Below, one piece after another: positions 18,711-28,491 of a stretch of DNA of 64,000 bases. The notes under the pieces are model-generated. The model saw nothing but the letters and a program-made list of their open reading frames with translations, did not search any database and had not been told where the DNA came from. The stretch is taken from contig JABJNB010000085.1 in NCBI GenBank assembly GCA_018659145.1, forward strand, positions 124-64,123, written 5' to 3'. The translations under genes and the position numbers were made by a program. The first letter of the stretch is position 1, and each line of letters starts with the position of its first letter. The stretch is from Rickettsiales bacterium. Its GTDB lineage: Bacteria; Pseudomonadota; Alphaproteobacteria; Rickettsiales; JABIRX01.

Positions 18711-20627
18711 TTAACTTACTTTTTCAAGAAGTTGGGTAATACGCTTAGCTAAGCCGGAAGGATTCTTCACAGCTTCGCCTTCGATGATGCAAGCTTGATC
18801 GTAAAGGGTTAAAAGAATATCAGCTGCAGCTGATTTGTTCTTTTCATCTTTAATCAAGTTATTTAAGCTTTTTATAATCTTATGATTTGGGTTAAGCTCT
18901 AATAGTTTTTTAGAAGGCTCTTTTAATTGACCTTGTTCGATTAACATACGCTCAATTCTTAAGTCCATAGCGCCTTCTCCGATTGCTAAGCATACAGGGG
19001 ATGATGTTAGTTTGGTTGAGATACGAATATCAGAAATATTATCTTTTAAGGTTTCTTTAGCAAATTCTTTAAGATCTTTTAACTCCTCACCCAGCTTCTC
19101 ATTCTTAGCCTTAGCATCGGCCTTATCTTCTGTTTTTTCGCCGATTTCATCTAGATCATCAGTGATACGTGATAAGGATTTAAAAGCTTTATCGTTATAT
19201 TGTGGGAAAGTAGTTGCCCAGAAATCATCTACTGGATCCATTAAGTATAAAACCTCAATATTTTTAGTTGTAAAAGCTTCAAGCTGAGGGTTGTTATCTA
19301 GTGAGTCAAGATCAGAGCCAATTAAGTAATAAATATCCTTTTGTTGTTCCGGCATGTTCTCAATATATTGGCTCAAAGAGATGTATTTTCCTTCTGATTT
19401 AGAAGTTTTGAATAGGCATAGATCAAATAACTTGTCTTTGTCACCAGAATGCTCGCATAATCCTTCTTTTAAGACAGATCCGAAATTCTCCCAGAAGCTT
19501 ACATATTCTTCATATTTTTTATCTTTTTGACGTGATAATTCAGTTAGAATCCTTTTAACTAAAGCGTTGCGGATTTTATCTACGATTACATTATTTTGTA
19601 ATGTTTCGCGTGAAATGTTTAGATTCAAATCTTCGGAATCTACAATTCCCTGAACAAATCTTAAATATGCGGGCATAAGCGCGACATTGTCTTCTGTGAT
19701 AAAGATTTTCTTAACATAAAGTTTAACACGAGTTTTGCGATCAGGATGAAATAAATCGAAAGGACGGCTTGATGGTACGAATAATAAATTCGTATATTCA
19801 ATAATACCTTCATTTTTGTTATGCAGTACTAAGCTTGGATCATCTACAGCATGTGCCAGAGATTTATAGAAGGCTGTATACTCTTCTTTTGTGATATCGG
19901 ACTTATTTTTGGTCCAAAGAGCTTTTGATGAATTAATGATTTCAGCATCCCGCTTTGCTGCTTTGTCTTTACCTTCCTCAGGAACTTCGTCAGTTGTTAG
20001 GGTTATAGTAAAAGGAATGTGATCAGAGTAAGTTTTTACAATATTTTTAATTGCAAACCCATCTAAATATTTACCTTCTTCTTTTTTTAAGTGCAGTATA
20101 ATTTTAGTACCTCTAATACCATCTTCAGCTTTTGCTTCGCTGATTGTAAATTCGCCTTGGCCATCTGATTGCCATTTGTAATAACCATCTTCACCTGCCT
20201 TATTAGAGATAACTTCAATATTCTCAGCAATGACAAATGCTGAGTAAAAGCCAACACCAAATTGCCCAATAAGATCGACGTCTTTTTTATTACTATCAGA
20301 GAAATTCTTTAAAAATTCTTCAGTACCAGATTTGGCAATCGTACCTAAGTTATTTATTAAGTCATCTTTGCTCATACCAATACCAGTATCGGTAACGACT
20401 ATTTGGTTTTGGGATTTATCTATATGAATGTTGATCCCTAGCTCATGGTTCTCACCTAAACCTTTTAATTTATCATTAGTTAGGGACTCGTAACGTAGCT
20501 TATCACATGCATCAGATGCGTTTGATAGTAACTCTCTAAGGAAAATATCTTTATTTGTATAAAGAGAGTTAATCATTAAATTTAAAACTTTGCCTATCTC
20601 GGCCCCAAATTTTCTTGTTTCAGTCAT
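18711..20627 (-). CDS. htpG: Molecular chaperone HtpG (Hsp90)
   Basis: GHKL ATPase motifs ELLSNASDACDKLRYE, DTGIGM and GQFGVGFYSAF. 638 aa. Confidence 0.97.
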   Translation of the reverse strand: MTETRKFGAEIGKVLNLMINSLYTNKDIFLRELLSNASDACDKLRYESLTNDKLKGLGENHELGINIHIDKSQNQIVVTDTGIGMSKDDLINNLGTIAKSGTEEFLKNFSDSNKKDVDLIGQFGVGFYSAFVIAENIEVISNKAGEDGYYKWQSDGQGEFTISEAKAEDGIRGTKIILHLKKEEGKYLDGFAIKNIVKTYSDHIPFTITLTTDEVPEEGKDKAAKRDAEIINSSKALWTKNKSDITKEEYTAFYKSLAHAVDDPSLVLHNKNEGIIEYTNLLFVPSSRPFDLFHPDRKTRVKLYVKKIFITEDNVALMPAYLRFVQGIVDSEDLNLNISRETLQNNVIVDKIRNALVKRILTELSRQKDKKYEEYVSFWENFGSVLKEGLCEHSGDKDKLFDLCLFKTSKSEGKYISLSQYIENMPEQQKDIYYLIGSDLDSLDNNPQLEAFTTKNIEVLYLMDPVDDFWATTFPQYNDKAFKSLSRITDDLDEIGEKTEDKADAKAKNEKLGEELKDLKEFAKETLKDNISDIRISTKLTSSPVCLAIGEGAMDLRIERMLIEQGQLKEPSKKLLELNPNHKIIKSLNNLIKDEKNKSAAADILLTLYDQACIIEGEAVKNPSGLAKRITQLLEKVS

Positions 20628-20661
20628 TATATCTTACAAATTCATTAATTGTTGAACGATG

Positions 20662-20690
20662 TATATAGTGAGTGAAATGCAGAATTCAAG
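20662..20690 (-). promoter_or_regulatory. Possible RpoH (sigma-32)-type heat-shock promoter of htpG
   Basis: The minus strand reads CTTGAA, 16 nt, then CTATATA, ending about 35 nt upstream of the htpG ATG. It is only a partial match to the alphaproteobacterial CTTG-N17-CYTATNT consensus (18 nt between CTTG and CTATATA). Confidence 0.3.
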
Positions 20691-20785
20691 GGTTGGTACC
20701 CAATTATTTTTATGTAGGGTCGGGAGATTGTATAGCCAAGAGACCTGGTTAATAATCGTTTTATGAGATGGTTAACACATCTGTA

Positions 20786-21508
20786 TTATTGCCAATTTCT
20801 GCAATATGAATTGACAATAGAGCAAGCGGCAATCATTGCGGTATCGGCACGTAGGATTCTAGGACCAAGTGAGATGTTTAGGGTGTCTGGGTGAGTATTG
20901 ATTAGTGATCTCTCTGTATCAGAAAATCCACCTTCTGGGCCAATGAGGATATAAGTCTTCTTATCTTGTGCCTCGGCGAGTTTTCCTAAGGCATCTTGAG
21001 GTGTAGAGCCATTTGCTGATTCATCAAAGAAAAGAATAATGGAGTCGGTGCAAGTTTTTAAATAGCGTTCGATAGAGAGGATGGGCTTTATATCGATTAA
21101 ATCTATCCTACCACACTGCTCAACGCCTTCAATCATGCTAAGTTTTAGCTTATCTTCGTTAACTTTGCGCACGATGGTATATTGGGTGGTAATGGGCTGC
21201 AATTCTGTAACACCTAATTCAGCAGCTTTTTTAGCAATAAAATCAGTTTTAACGTTTTTGACTGGGGCGTAACATAAGCTTAAATGTTTTGGCTTGGTAA
21301 AAGCTTTGTTTTGATGTGATATCGTAAAAAAGTAATTACCGTTATCTTGTTTAAAGATAGCGGTATATTCACCATCTTTGTCATTAAAGATTGCGACATC
21401 GCTATCATCTTTTAACCGTAGGACATTTTTGAGATAGTTGACCTGCTTTTTATCTAAGATAATTATGTCATCACTAGGCCTAAAGTTTATGTATAAACGT
21501 GTCGTCAT
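20786..21508 (-). CDS. rsmE: 16S rRNA (uracil1498-N3)-methyltransferase RsmE
   Basis: C-terminal SPOUT motifs IGPEGGFSDTE and LGPRILRADTA. 240 aa. Confidence 0.88.
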   Translation of the reverse strand: MTTRLYINFRPSDDIIILDKKQVNYLKNVLRLKDDSDVAIFNDKDGEYTAIFKQDNGNYFFTISHQNKAFTKPKHLSLCYAPVKNVKTDFIAKKAAELGVTELQPITTQYTIVRKVNEDKLKLSMIEGVEQCGRIDLIDIKPILSIERYLKTCTDSIILFFDESANGSTPQDALGKLAEAQDKKTYILIGPEGGFSDTERSLINTHPDTLNISLGPRILRADTAMIAACSIVNSYCRNWQ

Positions 21509-21514
21509 ACTATC

Positions 21515-22435
21515 TTAGAAGAGGAATCTATATGCGATAACAACTGAATTAATGACATAATCTCCAGATGCGGCATTGTCATAAGTAAAATTGATTTCAG
21601 CGTTTGCATCAAGATCTGTATAAGTTGTGCCACCTACAACCGCAGAATCAATCGGATAGTCGAGAGAGAAAGTAAAGTCACTGGTAATCATTACCGATGT
21701 TGCAAAAAGCTCTAAGGCCACTGATTTATTAAAGCGATATGTCATACCCATAGATGCTTGGACATAAGGGACGAAGTCATCTCCGAGGCCCGAGGTGGAG
21801 AAATAGCCGCCACCCACACCAAAGCCGATAAAAGGTGATATACTTTTCATGCCTCTTGGCCACTCTAATGCTAAATTAGCGCCGATATAATTAAACATGA
21901 GGGATGTATCGGAAGTGCTAAGGTCAAAAAAAGTATCCCCAATAGCATCCATCTCATCTAAGAATAAGCGCTTAGTACCGATTTCAACATCAAATCTAAT
22001 TAGCTCCCGATATTCAACACCAGTTTTTATAGCAAATCCAATCCCATCGCCAGAGGTTATATTAGTTGTGGTGTCGGTAAAATTATTTGTATCTGCGCCA
22101 ATGATTATGTTATTTGAGGAATCAGTAATATCGGTAGGGTACGTTAAGGAATCGACACTAATATCATTTATAGTGCCGCCAATATTATATGGTAGACTCA
22201 TGCCCATATAGAAACGGTATTTCTTTTGATTTGCCTCATACCACCAGAAGCTATGATCGCCTTCATATTGATCAACATGCAATGGTCCATAATCAGTTTT
22301 ATTTGCATTTGGTATATTAATTTGCCTCGGCACTGGGGCAGCATCTTCATATTCGAATACTAGTGCTTCCTCGGCCCTAAGATTTGTGCAAAGCAAAGAT
22401 AGCAATAATGATGTTATTAATAGCAGTGTACTCAT
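21515..22435 (-). CDS. Outer-membrane beta-barrel protein (unknown family)
   Basis: Signal peptide MSTLLLITSLLLSLLCTNLRAEE from the ATG at 22435 (the track start at 22468 is TTG). Alternating hydrophobic beta-strand pattern and the C-terminal aromatic signature YRFLF. Confidence 0.75.
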   Translation of the reverse strand: MSTLLLITSLLLSLLCTNLRAEEALVFEYEDAAPVPRQINIPNANKTDYGPLHVDQYEGDHSFWWYEANQKKYRFYMGMSLPYNIGGTINDISVDSLTYPTDITDSSNNIIIGADTNNFTDTTTNITSGDGIGFAIKTGVEYRELIRFDVEIGTKRLFLDEMDAIGDTFFDLSTSDTSLMFNYIGANLALEWPRGMKSISPFIGFGVGGGYFSTSGLGDDFVPYVQASMGMTYRFNKSVALELFATSVMITSDFTFSLDYPIDSAVVGGTTYTDLDANAEINFTYDNAASGDYVINSVVIAYRFLF

Positions 22436-22531
22436 AAAGTAATGCAGCGGTGATTTTGAGTTTAGCAATGTTTAATATGTTTAACTGAGTTTGTCATTAG
22501 TTAATATATTTATTATATTGAATTAATTATA

Positions 22532-22598
22532 GCGCGGCTCTCCCTTCTTGGAAGCATCGAGTTTAGTCTGCCAAGGGCCGCATACCCTGGTCCCTACA
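22532..22598. repeat. Degenerate copy of the GC-rich palindromic element overlapping the pgi stop codon
   Basis: gcgcggctctccc...ggaagcatcgagtttagtctgccaaggg...ccctggtccctac shares the central gaagcatcgag..ggtct block and the ccctac terminus with the P module. The terminal cta (22594-22596) is the complement of the pgi TAG. Confidence 0.5.
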
Positions 22599-23877
22599 AC
22601 AGGAATTTGGATTCTAATATTTCTTTTGAAATCTTTTTACCAAATTCAACAGCTGGCTGATCGAATGGGTTAATGCCGCGTACATATCCCATCAATATGG
22701 TCTCAAGCATAAAATGCATCATTAAGCCACCTAAGGCATAATCATTGAATTTGTCTATATTAAATCGTCTCAGCATTTTGCCTTTTTTAATAAATGATTG
22801 TATAGTGGCTTCTTGCTGAGCATAGGAGACATCGCCTATTGTTGTCCCTTTCAAATATTCGTAACCTTGAAAGTTCAATATACTATCATGAATCTTAGAG
22901 CCCTGATTTTGCGTGTTTATGGTAATGAAATTAAAGAATAAATCTTGCCCACCTTCTAGAAAATATTGCAGCAAGCTATGTTGGTCGATGCTGCCCAAAG
23001 CTTTAATGGGCAATAAGCCGCTACCATTTTTTCCTAATGATTCGGCAGTTAGCTGGGCATACCAGAAGGGTAGGTAATATAAGCGCTGCAAATAAGGGAT
23101 CATAACATTACTTTTTATACCGCTATCTTCCGCGGCAAGAAGTAAACTAGCGCCCTTGACAACGTCATGCTCGCTTCCTTCGGATAATAAAGATTTTAAG
23201 ACAAGGTCCGCTCCAGCGCAGAATTCTCTAATGTTGCAATCTATCACTGCAGCTGGCAATAATGCGACATTGGAGAAGCAGCTAAATCTACCACCAATAT
23301 TTGGGTTATGGATTAAATTGCGCGCACCTATCTCTTTAGCAAAATTATGAATGGGGTTGTCGGTGTCCTCTGTAATAAAAATAACATTCTGCTTTAGGTC
23401 ATGACCTTGGTCTTTGAAATAATTTAACGCCACAACCATTTGCGTAAGTGTCTCTATTGTTTTGCCGGACTTTGAGATGATAAGACACATCGTATCTTCG
23501 AACTCTATCGTATTTAAATATTCAATAAAGTTAATATAATGGATATTATCAATGAATTTGATTTCGATATTGTGTTTGAGAGAATATTGATAAAATTTAG
23601 TACCACATAATGTTTGGGCTCCCAGTGATGATCCACCAATACCAAAAATTAGTAATTTTTTATATTTAGATGAGATCTCTTTAGCCACATTATCAATTAT
23701 ATCAAAATCATTGAGATTAGTGTTTAGGCAGGATAATTGACCATCTTGGTAGTTGGTTTTTAGTATTTCTAATTGTGTGCTAACAAGCTCAATATTTTTC
23801 TGATAGTCTTGCTTGGAAATAAGCAGTTTTTCATTATCTTCTTTAAAACATGACACAAAATGCTGCGTATAAGGCAT
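22594..23877 (-). CDS. pgi: Glucose-6-phosphate isomerase (short bacterial type)
   Basis: Motifs FGIGGSSLG and SKSGKTIET, plus a C-terminal DQPAVE-type motif. The ATG at 23877 is preferred (the track start is TTG). Confidence 0.9.
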   Translation of the reverse strand: MPYTQHFVSCFKEDNEKLLISKQDYQKNIELVSTQLEILKTNYQDGQLSCLNTNLNDFDIIDNVAKEISSKYKKLLIFGIGGSSLGAQTLCGTKFYQYSLKHNIEIKFIDNIHYINFIEYLNTIEFEDTMCLIISKSGKTIETLTQMVVALNYFKDQGHDLKQNVIFITEDTDNPIHNFAKEIGARNLIHNPNIGGRFSCFSNVALLPAAVIDCNIREFCAGADLVLKSLLSEGSEHDVVKGASLLLAAEDSGIKSNVMIPYLQRLYYLPFWYAQLTAESLGKNGSGLLPIKALGSIDQHSLLQYFLEGGQDLFFNFITINTQNQGSKIHDSILNFQGYEYLKGTTIGDVSYAQQEATIQSFIKKGKMLRRFNIDKFNDYALGGLMMHFMLETILMGYVRGINPFDQPAVEFGKKISKEILESKFLL

Positions 23878-23975
23878 TATATCTACTTGCAAAACGGGGT
23901 TTTTGTTTTATATAAGGTGGCATCTATATTGCCATTCCTTAATTTGCTTGCAACATAAAACAAATATTTAAAAAA

Positions 23976-25127
23976 ATGAACAAATATCTTTTTACATCTG
24001 AATCTGTGTCTCATGGCCATCCTGACAAAGTATGTGATCAGATATCGGATATGATCCTAGATTTATATTTGTCTCAGGACAGCAATGCTAAGGTCGCAGC
24101 TGAGGCGGTAGCTGCTTATAACAAAGTTTTTATATCAGGAGAAATAGGCTCTAAGGTTACTATTCCTGATAATGTGATTGAACAAGAGATACGTAATTTA
24201 ATTAGAAAGATAGGTTATGTTGAAGGCTCTTTTGGAGCGGATAATGTTGAGATCGAGATAAGGCTTAACAAACAATCTGAGGACATTAATATTGGTGTTG
24301 ATAAGGCCAAGAAGGAAAATCAGGGCGCTGGTGATCAAGGAATTATGTTTGGTTTTGCTAGTAATAATTCTGAAAATTACATGCCAGCAAGTATCTCATA
24401 CGCGCATAGGGTTCTTAAAAGAGTTTTTGGAGATAATAAATTAAATTTAGGTCCTGATGCTAAATCGCAAATAACTATTGAGTATGTGAATGATAAGCCA
24501 GTACATTTGCACACCGTGCTACTCTCAATTCAGCATAAAAATGAGGTGTCACTTAGTGATATTGCAGCTGAGTGCAAACCTTTAATTACTAGCATCTTTC
24601 CAGATAAACTTATTTCCGATAAAACAAGATTTTTATTTAATCCTACAGGACGTTTTGTCATTGGTGGACCAGAAGGTGATGTTGGTTTAACGGGACGTAA
24701 AATTATAGTTGATACATATGGTGGTTATGCCACTCATGGCGGCGGCGCCTTTTCAGGCAAGGATCCGTCAAAGGTAGATAGGTCAGCAACCTATATGGCG
24801 CGTTACTTAGCCAAGAATATTGTAGCAGCGGGATTAGCTGGGCAATGTTTAATTCAATTATCTTATGCAATTGGTATGGCCAAGCCTATCTCTGTTTTTG
24901 TTAACTTCTATGGCACGGGTAAGATAGCGGAGCATAAGGTGGTTGAATATATTAAGGAAAATATAAATCTAACGCCTTATGGAATTATTACGACCTTAGA
25001 TCTTCGTCGACCAATTTATCAGCAAACAGCAACTTACGGTCATTTTGGTCGTAATCCGGAGGAGCATCCTGATTTTACTTGGGAAAGACTGGATTTGGTT
25101 GATGGTTTTACAGGGCTGTTGGGATAG
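23976..25127 (+). CDS. metK: S-adenosylmethionine synthetase
   Basis: Motifs FTSESVSHGHPDKVCDQISD, GAGDQGIMFG, DTYGG and GGGAFSGKDPSKVDRS. Confidence 0.97.
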   Translation: MNKYLFTSESVSHGHPDKVCDQISDMILDLYLSQDSNAKVAAEAVAAYNKVFISGEIGSKVTIPDNVIEQEIRNLIRKIGYVEGSFGADNVEIEIRLNKQSEDINIGVDKAKKENQGAGDQGIMFGFASNNSENYMPASISYAHRVLKRVFGDNKLNLGPDAKSQITIEYVNDKPVHLHTVLLSIQHKNEVSLSDIAAECKPLITSIFPDKLISDKTRFLFNPTGRFVIGGPEGDVGLTGRKIIVDTYGGYATHGGGAFSGKDPSKVDRSATYMARYLAKNIVAAGLAGQCLIQLSYAIGMAKPISVFVNFYGTGKIAEHKVVEYIKENINLTPYGIITTLDLRRPIYQQTATYGHFGRNPEEHPDFTWERLDLVDGFTGLLG

Positions 25128-25152
25128 TTTGATCTTAATATACTTATATAAA

Positions 25153-25422
25153 GGACCTGTCCCGAATCAAAATCACAAATTTTTTTCTTCTTAACAATCC
25201 CTGCCAAAAAAACCAAAATTGCGTAGGGGCGTGGTCCTCCCAACCTTGGTAGAGCTATCTCGGTGTTTCTGGGCGGGAGGACCCAGCCCCTACGATTCTT
25301 TATTACAAAAATATTAAATCCATTTTTATTATGCGCCGAACCCTTGTTATGCAAGGGTGTTTGTCGCACAATCCTGCTTTTGCTCTAGGCAGTAATGCAC
25401 AAAATCTCGATCCTACGTAATG
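25153..25422. repeat. Composite repeat filling the whole metK/ahcY convergent spacer (left half of family T, then P palindrome, L module and ctcgatcctac linker)
   Basis: ggacctgtcccgaatcaaaatcacaaatttttttcttcttaa. Then the P arms gtaggggcgtggtcctccc / gggaggacccagcccctac (25223-25293). Then an L module collinear with 28227-28336. The composite ends at the base before the ahcY stop. Confidence 0.8.
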
Positions 25423-26724
25423 TTAGTAGCGGTAGTTATCATTTTTAAATGGACCGTCTTGCTTGATGCCGATATAATCAGCTTGTTTCTTAGATAATTT
25501 TGTTAATTTTACACCCAGTTGATCAAGATGTAATCTGGCAACTTTTTCGTCCAATTCTTTTGGTAGCACGTAAACTTGTTTTTTGTAAGTGCCTTGATTA
25601 TGGAACAATTCAATTTGTGCCAAGATTTGGTTAGTGAATGAATTACTCATTACAAATGCTGGGTGCCCGGTCGCGCAGCCTAGATTAACCAATCTTCCTT
25701 CCGCAAGTAAGATAATTTTATTACCATTTGGCAAAGTGATTTGATCAGTTTGTGGTTTGATGTTGGTCCATTCATATTGCCTTAATGATTCAACTGCAAT
25801 TTCATTATCAAAATGACCAATATTACAAACAATAGCATTATCTTTCATCTGCAAAATATGCTCATGAGCTATGATGTCGCAATTACCAGTTGTGGTTACA
25901 AATAAATCAATATTATCGACAACATCTTCTATTGTTTTGACTTCAAATCCTTCCATTGCGGCTTGAAGAGCGCAGATAGGATCAATTTCTGTGATGATAA
26001 TTCTAGCTCCTTGTCCTTGCAGAGCTTTGGCGCAACCTTTACCAACATCGCCATAACCACAAACTAAAGCCACTTTTCCAGCAAGCATTACATCAGTTGC
26101 TCTTTTTATACCATCTACTAAAGATTCTCGGCAGCCATATAGATTGTCAAATTTTGATTTTGTAACAGAGTCATTCACATTAATGGCTGGGATTTTTAGT
26201 GTGCCAGCTTCAGCCATTTGGTTTAACCTAAGTACTCCGGTTGTTGTTTCCTCGGAAACGCCTAAGATGTTTTCAAGTAAGTCTGGATATTGTTGATGCA
26301 TGATAGTAGTTAAGTCGCCGCCATCATCAAGCAGCATATTTGGGACCCAGCCATCTGCCTTGATTGTTTGCTCTATACACCATTTATATTCTGACTCTGT
26401 TTCGCCTTTCCAAGCAAAGACGGGAACTCCGGTTGCAGCTATTGCAGCTGCTGCATGATCTTGTGTTGAGAAGATGTTACAACTACTCCATCTGACATTT
26501 GCGCCCAGATGAACTAGGGTTTCAATTAAAACCGCAGTCTCAATTGTCATATGCAAACAGCCAATTATATTGGCGCCTTTAAGTGGCTTGCTTTCACCAT
26601 ATTCGACTCTTAAGGACATAAGTCCTGGCATTTCTTTTTCAGCGATATTAATAGCTAAGCGGCCAGAAGCAGCTAGATTGATGTCTTTTATATGATAATC
26701 CATTTGTGAGTTTTTATTAAGCAT
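25423..26724 (-). CDS. ahcY: Adenosylhomocysteinase
   Basis: Motifs [10 protein letters not shown], the NAD site GYGDVGKG, and GHFDNEI. The ATG at 26724 ([11 protein letters not shown]) has AGAGGT 7 nt upstream. The track start at 26760 adds 12 unconserved residues. Confidence 0.95.
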   Translation of the reverse strand: MLNKNSQMDYHIKDINLAASGRLAINIAEKEMPGLMSLRVEYGESKPLKGANIIGCLHMTIETAVLIETLVHLGANVRWSSCNIFSTQDHAAAAIAATGVPVFAWKGETESEYKWCIEQTIKADGWVPNMLLDDGGDLTTIMHQQYPDLLENILGVSEETTTGVLRLNQMAEAGTLKIPAINVNDSVTKSKFDNLYGCRESLVDGIKRATDVMLAGKVALVCGYGDVGKGCAKALQGQGARIIITEIDPICALQAAMEGFEVKTIEDVVDNIDLFVTTTGNCDIIAHEHILQMKDNAIVCNIGHFDNEIAVESLRQYEWTNIKPQTDQITLPNGNKIILLAEGRLVNLGCATGHPAFVMSNSFTNQILAQIELFHNQGTYKKQVYVLPKELDEKVARLHLDQLGVKLTKLSKKQADYIGIKQDGPFKNDNYRY

Positions 26725-26846
26725 TGTTATTACCTCTATTAAGTTCGCCATATGTAACATTAGATAATTAGACTGTCAATTAAAGCTAATGCCAAAACTG
26801 GCTAACAAATCGTGCTTAATGTTTGTGTTTATTTATTTTATTAGAA

Positions 26847-27716
26847 TCATCTGCCTTGATTCTGACTTGGATTCTGACTTTGCTTAACCCTGTCTGTCCA
26901 TGTGGGTTTCGGCTTATCACCCTCTGCTAATTCTGCTTCTAATTCTGCATCTAATTCTTTTGCTAATTCTGCATCTAATTCTGCTTCTAATTCTTTTTCT
27001 GTATATTCTACAGAAGAATTAAGTGCATGAGATGCTTGCTCTGATACTTCTAGTGCTTGTTCTGCACGTGCTATATCTCGCTCTAATTTCTCTTGATAAT
27101 CAGGTTGGCCTGCTAATGCATCTTCCCCTCCTAACCGCGCGAACTCAGCTTCTAGCTCGAGATCTTCTAGTGCCGCCTGTTGATCTAACTCATCTTCTAG
27201 CTCGTCCTCTTCTAGTAATCTTGGGTCAACGCCTAATTCTTTTGCCAATTCTGCCAATTCTTCTTCGCTGACCTCATTTTCATCAAACACTTGACTCATT
27301 TGATTTATTTTCTGCCCTAATTTATCTGATTCTCTTTGAGCTGCTGCTAGGGCTTGATCTAATTGTGCATTTGCAGCATCTGTGACAAGTTTGCCTATCT
27401 CTGGATGAGTGCCCTTTTGCGTACTTAATGTGAATGCGGTTTCTATGGTTTCGGCCCCTGCTCTAGGCAGCGCTAATCTTAAGCCAAGACCTTCACTATC
27501 TAGAGTGTTTAGTTTTTTTAAATAACGTGCTACTGACAAAACATCATTAGTCTTAATTGCATTATGCAATTTAACCTTGTTTCTCTCTATCCTAGCTTCT
27601 GTGCTCTCAAACTGTTTTGTTACAAATTCTATTGCATTCTTGAAAGATTTCATTTTTTCCTCTATGTTAACGTTATATTTCCCGGCCTTTACTAGATTCT
27701 TGTCCATTTTGGACAC
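26847..27716 (-). CDS. Acidic coiled-coil protein, possibly ESCRT-III/Snf7-like; function unknown
   Basis: 289-aa ORF (GTG at 27716 or ATG at 27707). The N-terminal half is Lys-rich and helical, and the C-terminal half is extremely Glu/Asp/Leu/Ala-rich (EEELAELAKELG, DELEDELD, ELEAELDAELAKELDAELEAELAE). There is no enzymatic motif. Confidence 0.7.
   Translation of the reverse strand: MSKMDKNLVKAGKYNVNIEEKMKSFKNAIEFVTKQFESTEARIERNKVKLHNAIKTNDVLSVARYLKKLNTLDSEGLGLRLALPRAGAETIETAFTLSTQKGTHPEIGKLVTDAANAQLDQALAAAQRESDKLGQKINQMSQVFDENEVSEEELAELAKELGVDPRLLEEDELEDELDQQAALEDLELEAEFARLGGEDALAGQPDYQEKLERDIARAEQALEVSEQASHALNSSVEYTEKELEAELDAELAKELDAELEAELAEGDKPKPTWTDRVKQSQNPSQNQGR
26923..26994. repeat. 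Six tandem 12-nt units inside the acidic protein gene
   Basis: Units are tctgctaattct, gcttctaattct, gcatctaattct, tttgctaattct, gcatctaattct and gcttctaattct. They are in frame and encode the (E/D)(A/L)EL... periodic tail. Confidence 0.85.
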
Positions 27717-28147
27717 GGTCCTGCCACTTTATATTCCCCTGACCTTGTTCAATATTTTCTCTACCAACTCCTTCGCGCCAACGTTTAAAATCATTGCTAC
27801 TAGATAAGCTCTTATGCTCATTATTTGGGCTTGATGAAGATACTTGCTCTTGATTAGTCTTCTTTACTTCTTCTGCCCTCCTTTTCTCGTTGCTAAACGG
27901 CCACATGATTTTATTGGTAATAGATTTATAGTTCTGTAGCCTAAGGATAGCATTTTTTCTGATAGCAGTAAAGAATTAGTTGCGTTCGTGCAACTGCCTG
28001 GGGTGCAAATCGTTTTATCTCCGCTCTTGGGGCTGTACTATCGAAGTCTAATTGATATCTGTAGGGTGTTGCACTTCCACATTAGTGCCTAGAGTTAAAA
28101 ACTATTAATCAAAATCCTGCGCTTTTTCACAAATCTGACCAATATAC

Positions 28148-28336
28148 AAAATTGCGTAGAGGCGTTGTCCTCCCGCCATTGGCAGACCGATCTCGATGCT
28201 TCTGGGCGGGAAAACCCCACCCCTACAATTCTTTGTTGAAAAAAAATTAAATTCATTTTTTCTTGTGCGCCGAACCCGTTTTGCACAAGGGGTTCTATCG
28301 CATAATTCTGCTTTTACTCTAGGCAGTAATGTGCAC
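28148..28336. repeat. P palindrome plus L module (same orientation as the 25.2-kb copy)
   Basis: aaaattgcgtagaggcgttgtcctcccgcc...ctgggcgggaaaaccccacccctac, followed by aattctttgttgaaaaaaaattaaattcatttttt...gcgccgaaccc...ctctaggcagtaatgtgcac. Confidence 0.8.
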
Positions 28337-28491
28337 TTCAATAATCCAACTTTGCCCCAGACATCTGTGTTGGAGGAAGGATCCAACTATTTTTTGTTTA
28401 AGGTATACAGAGGAGGGAATGCTCCAAATTATACATAGCAACTTAGTAGGCAAGAGTGCATCTTTGCCAGATGGAGTAGAAGCTCAGTCTA

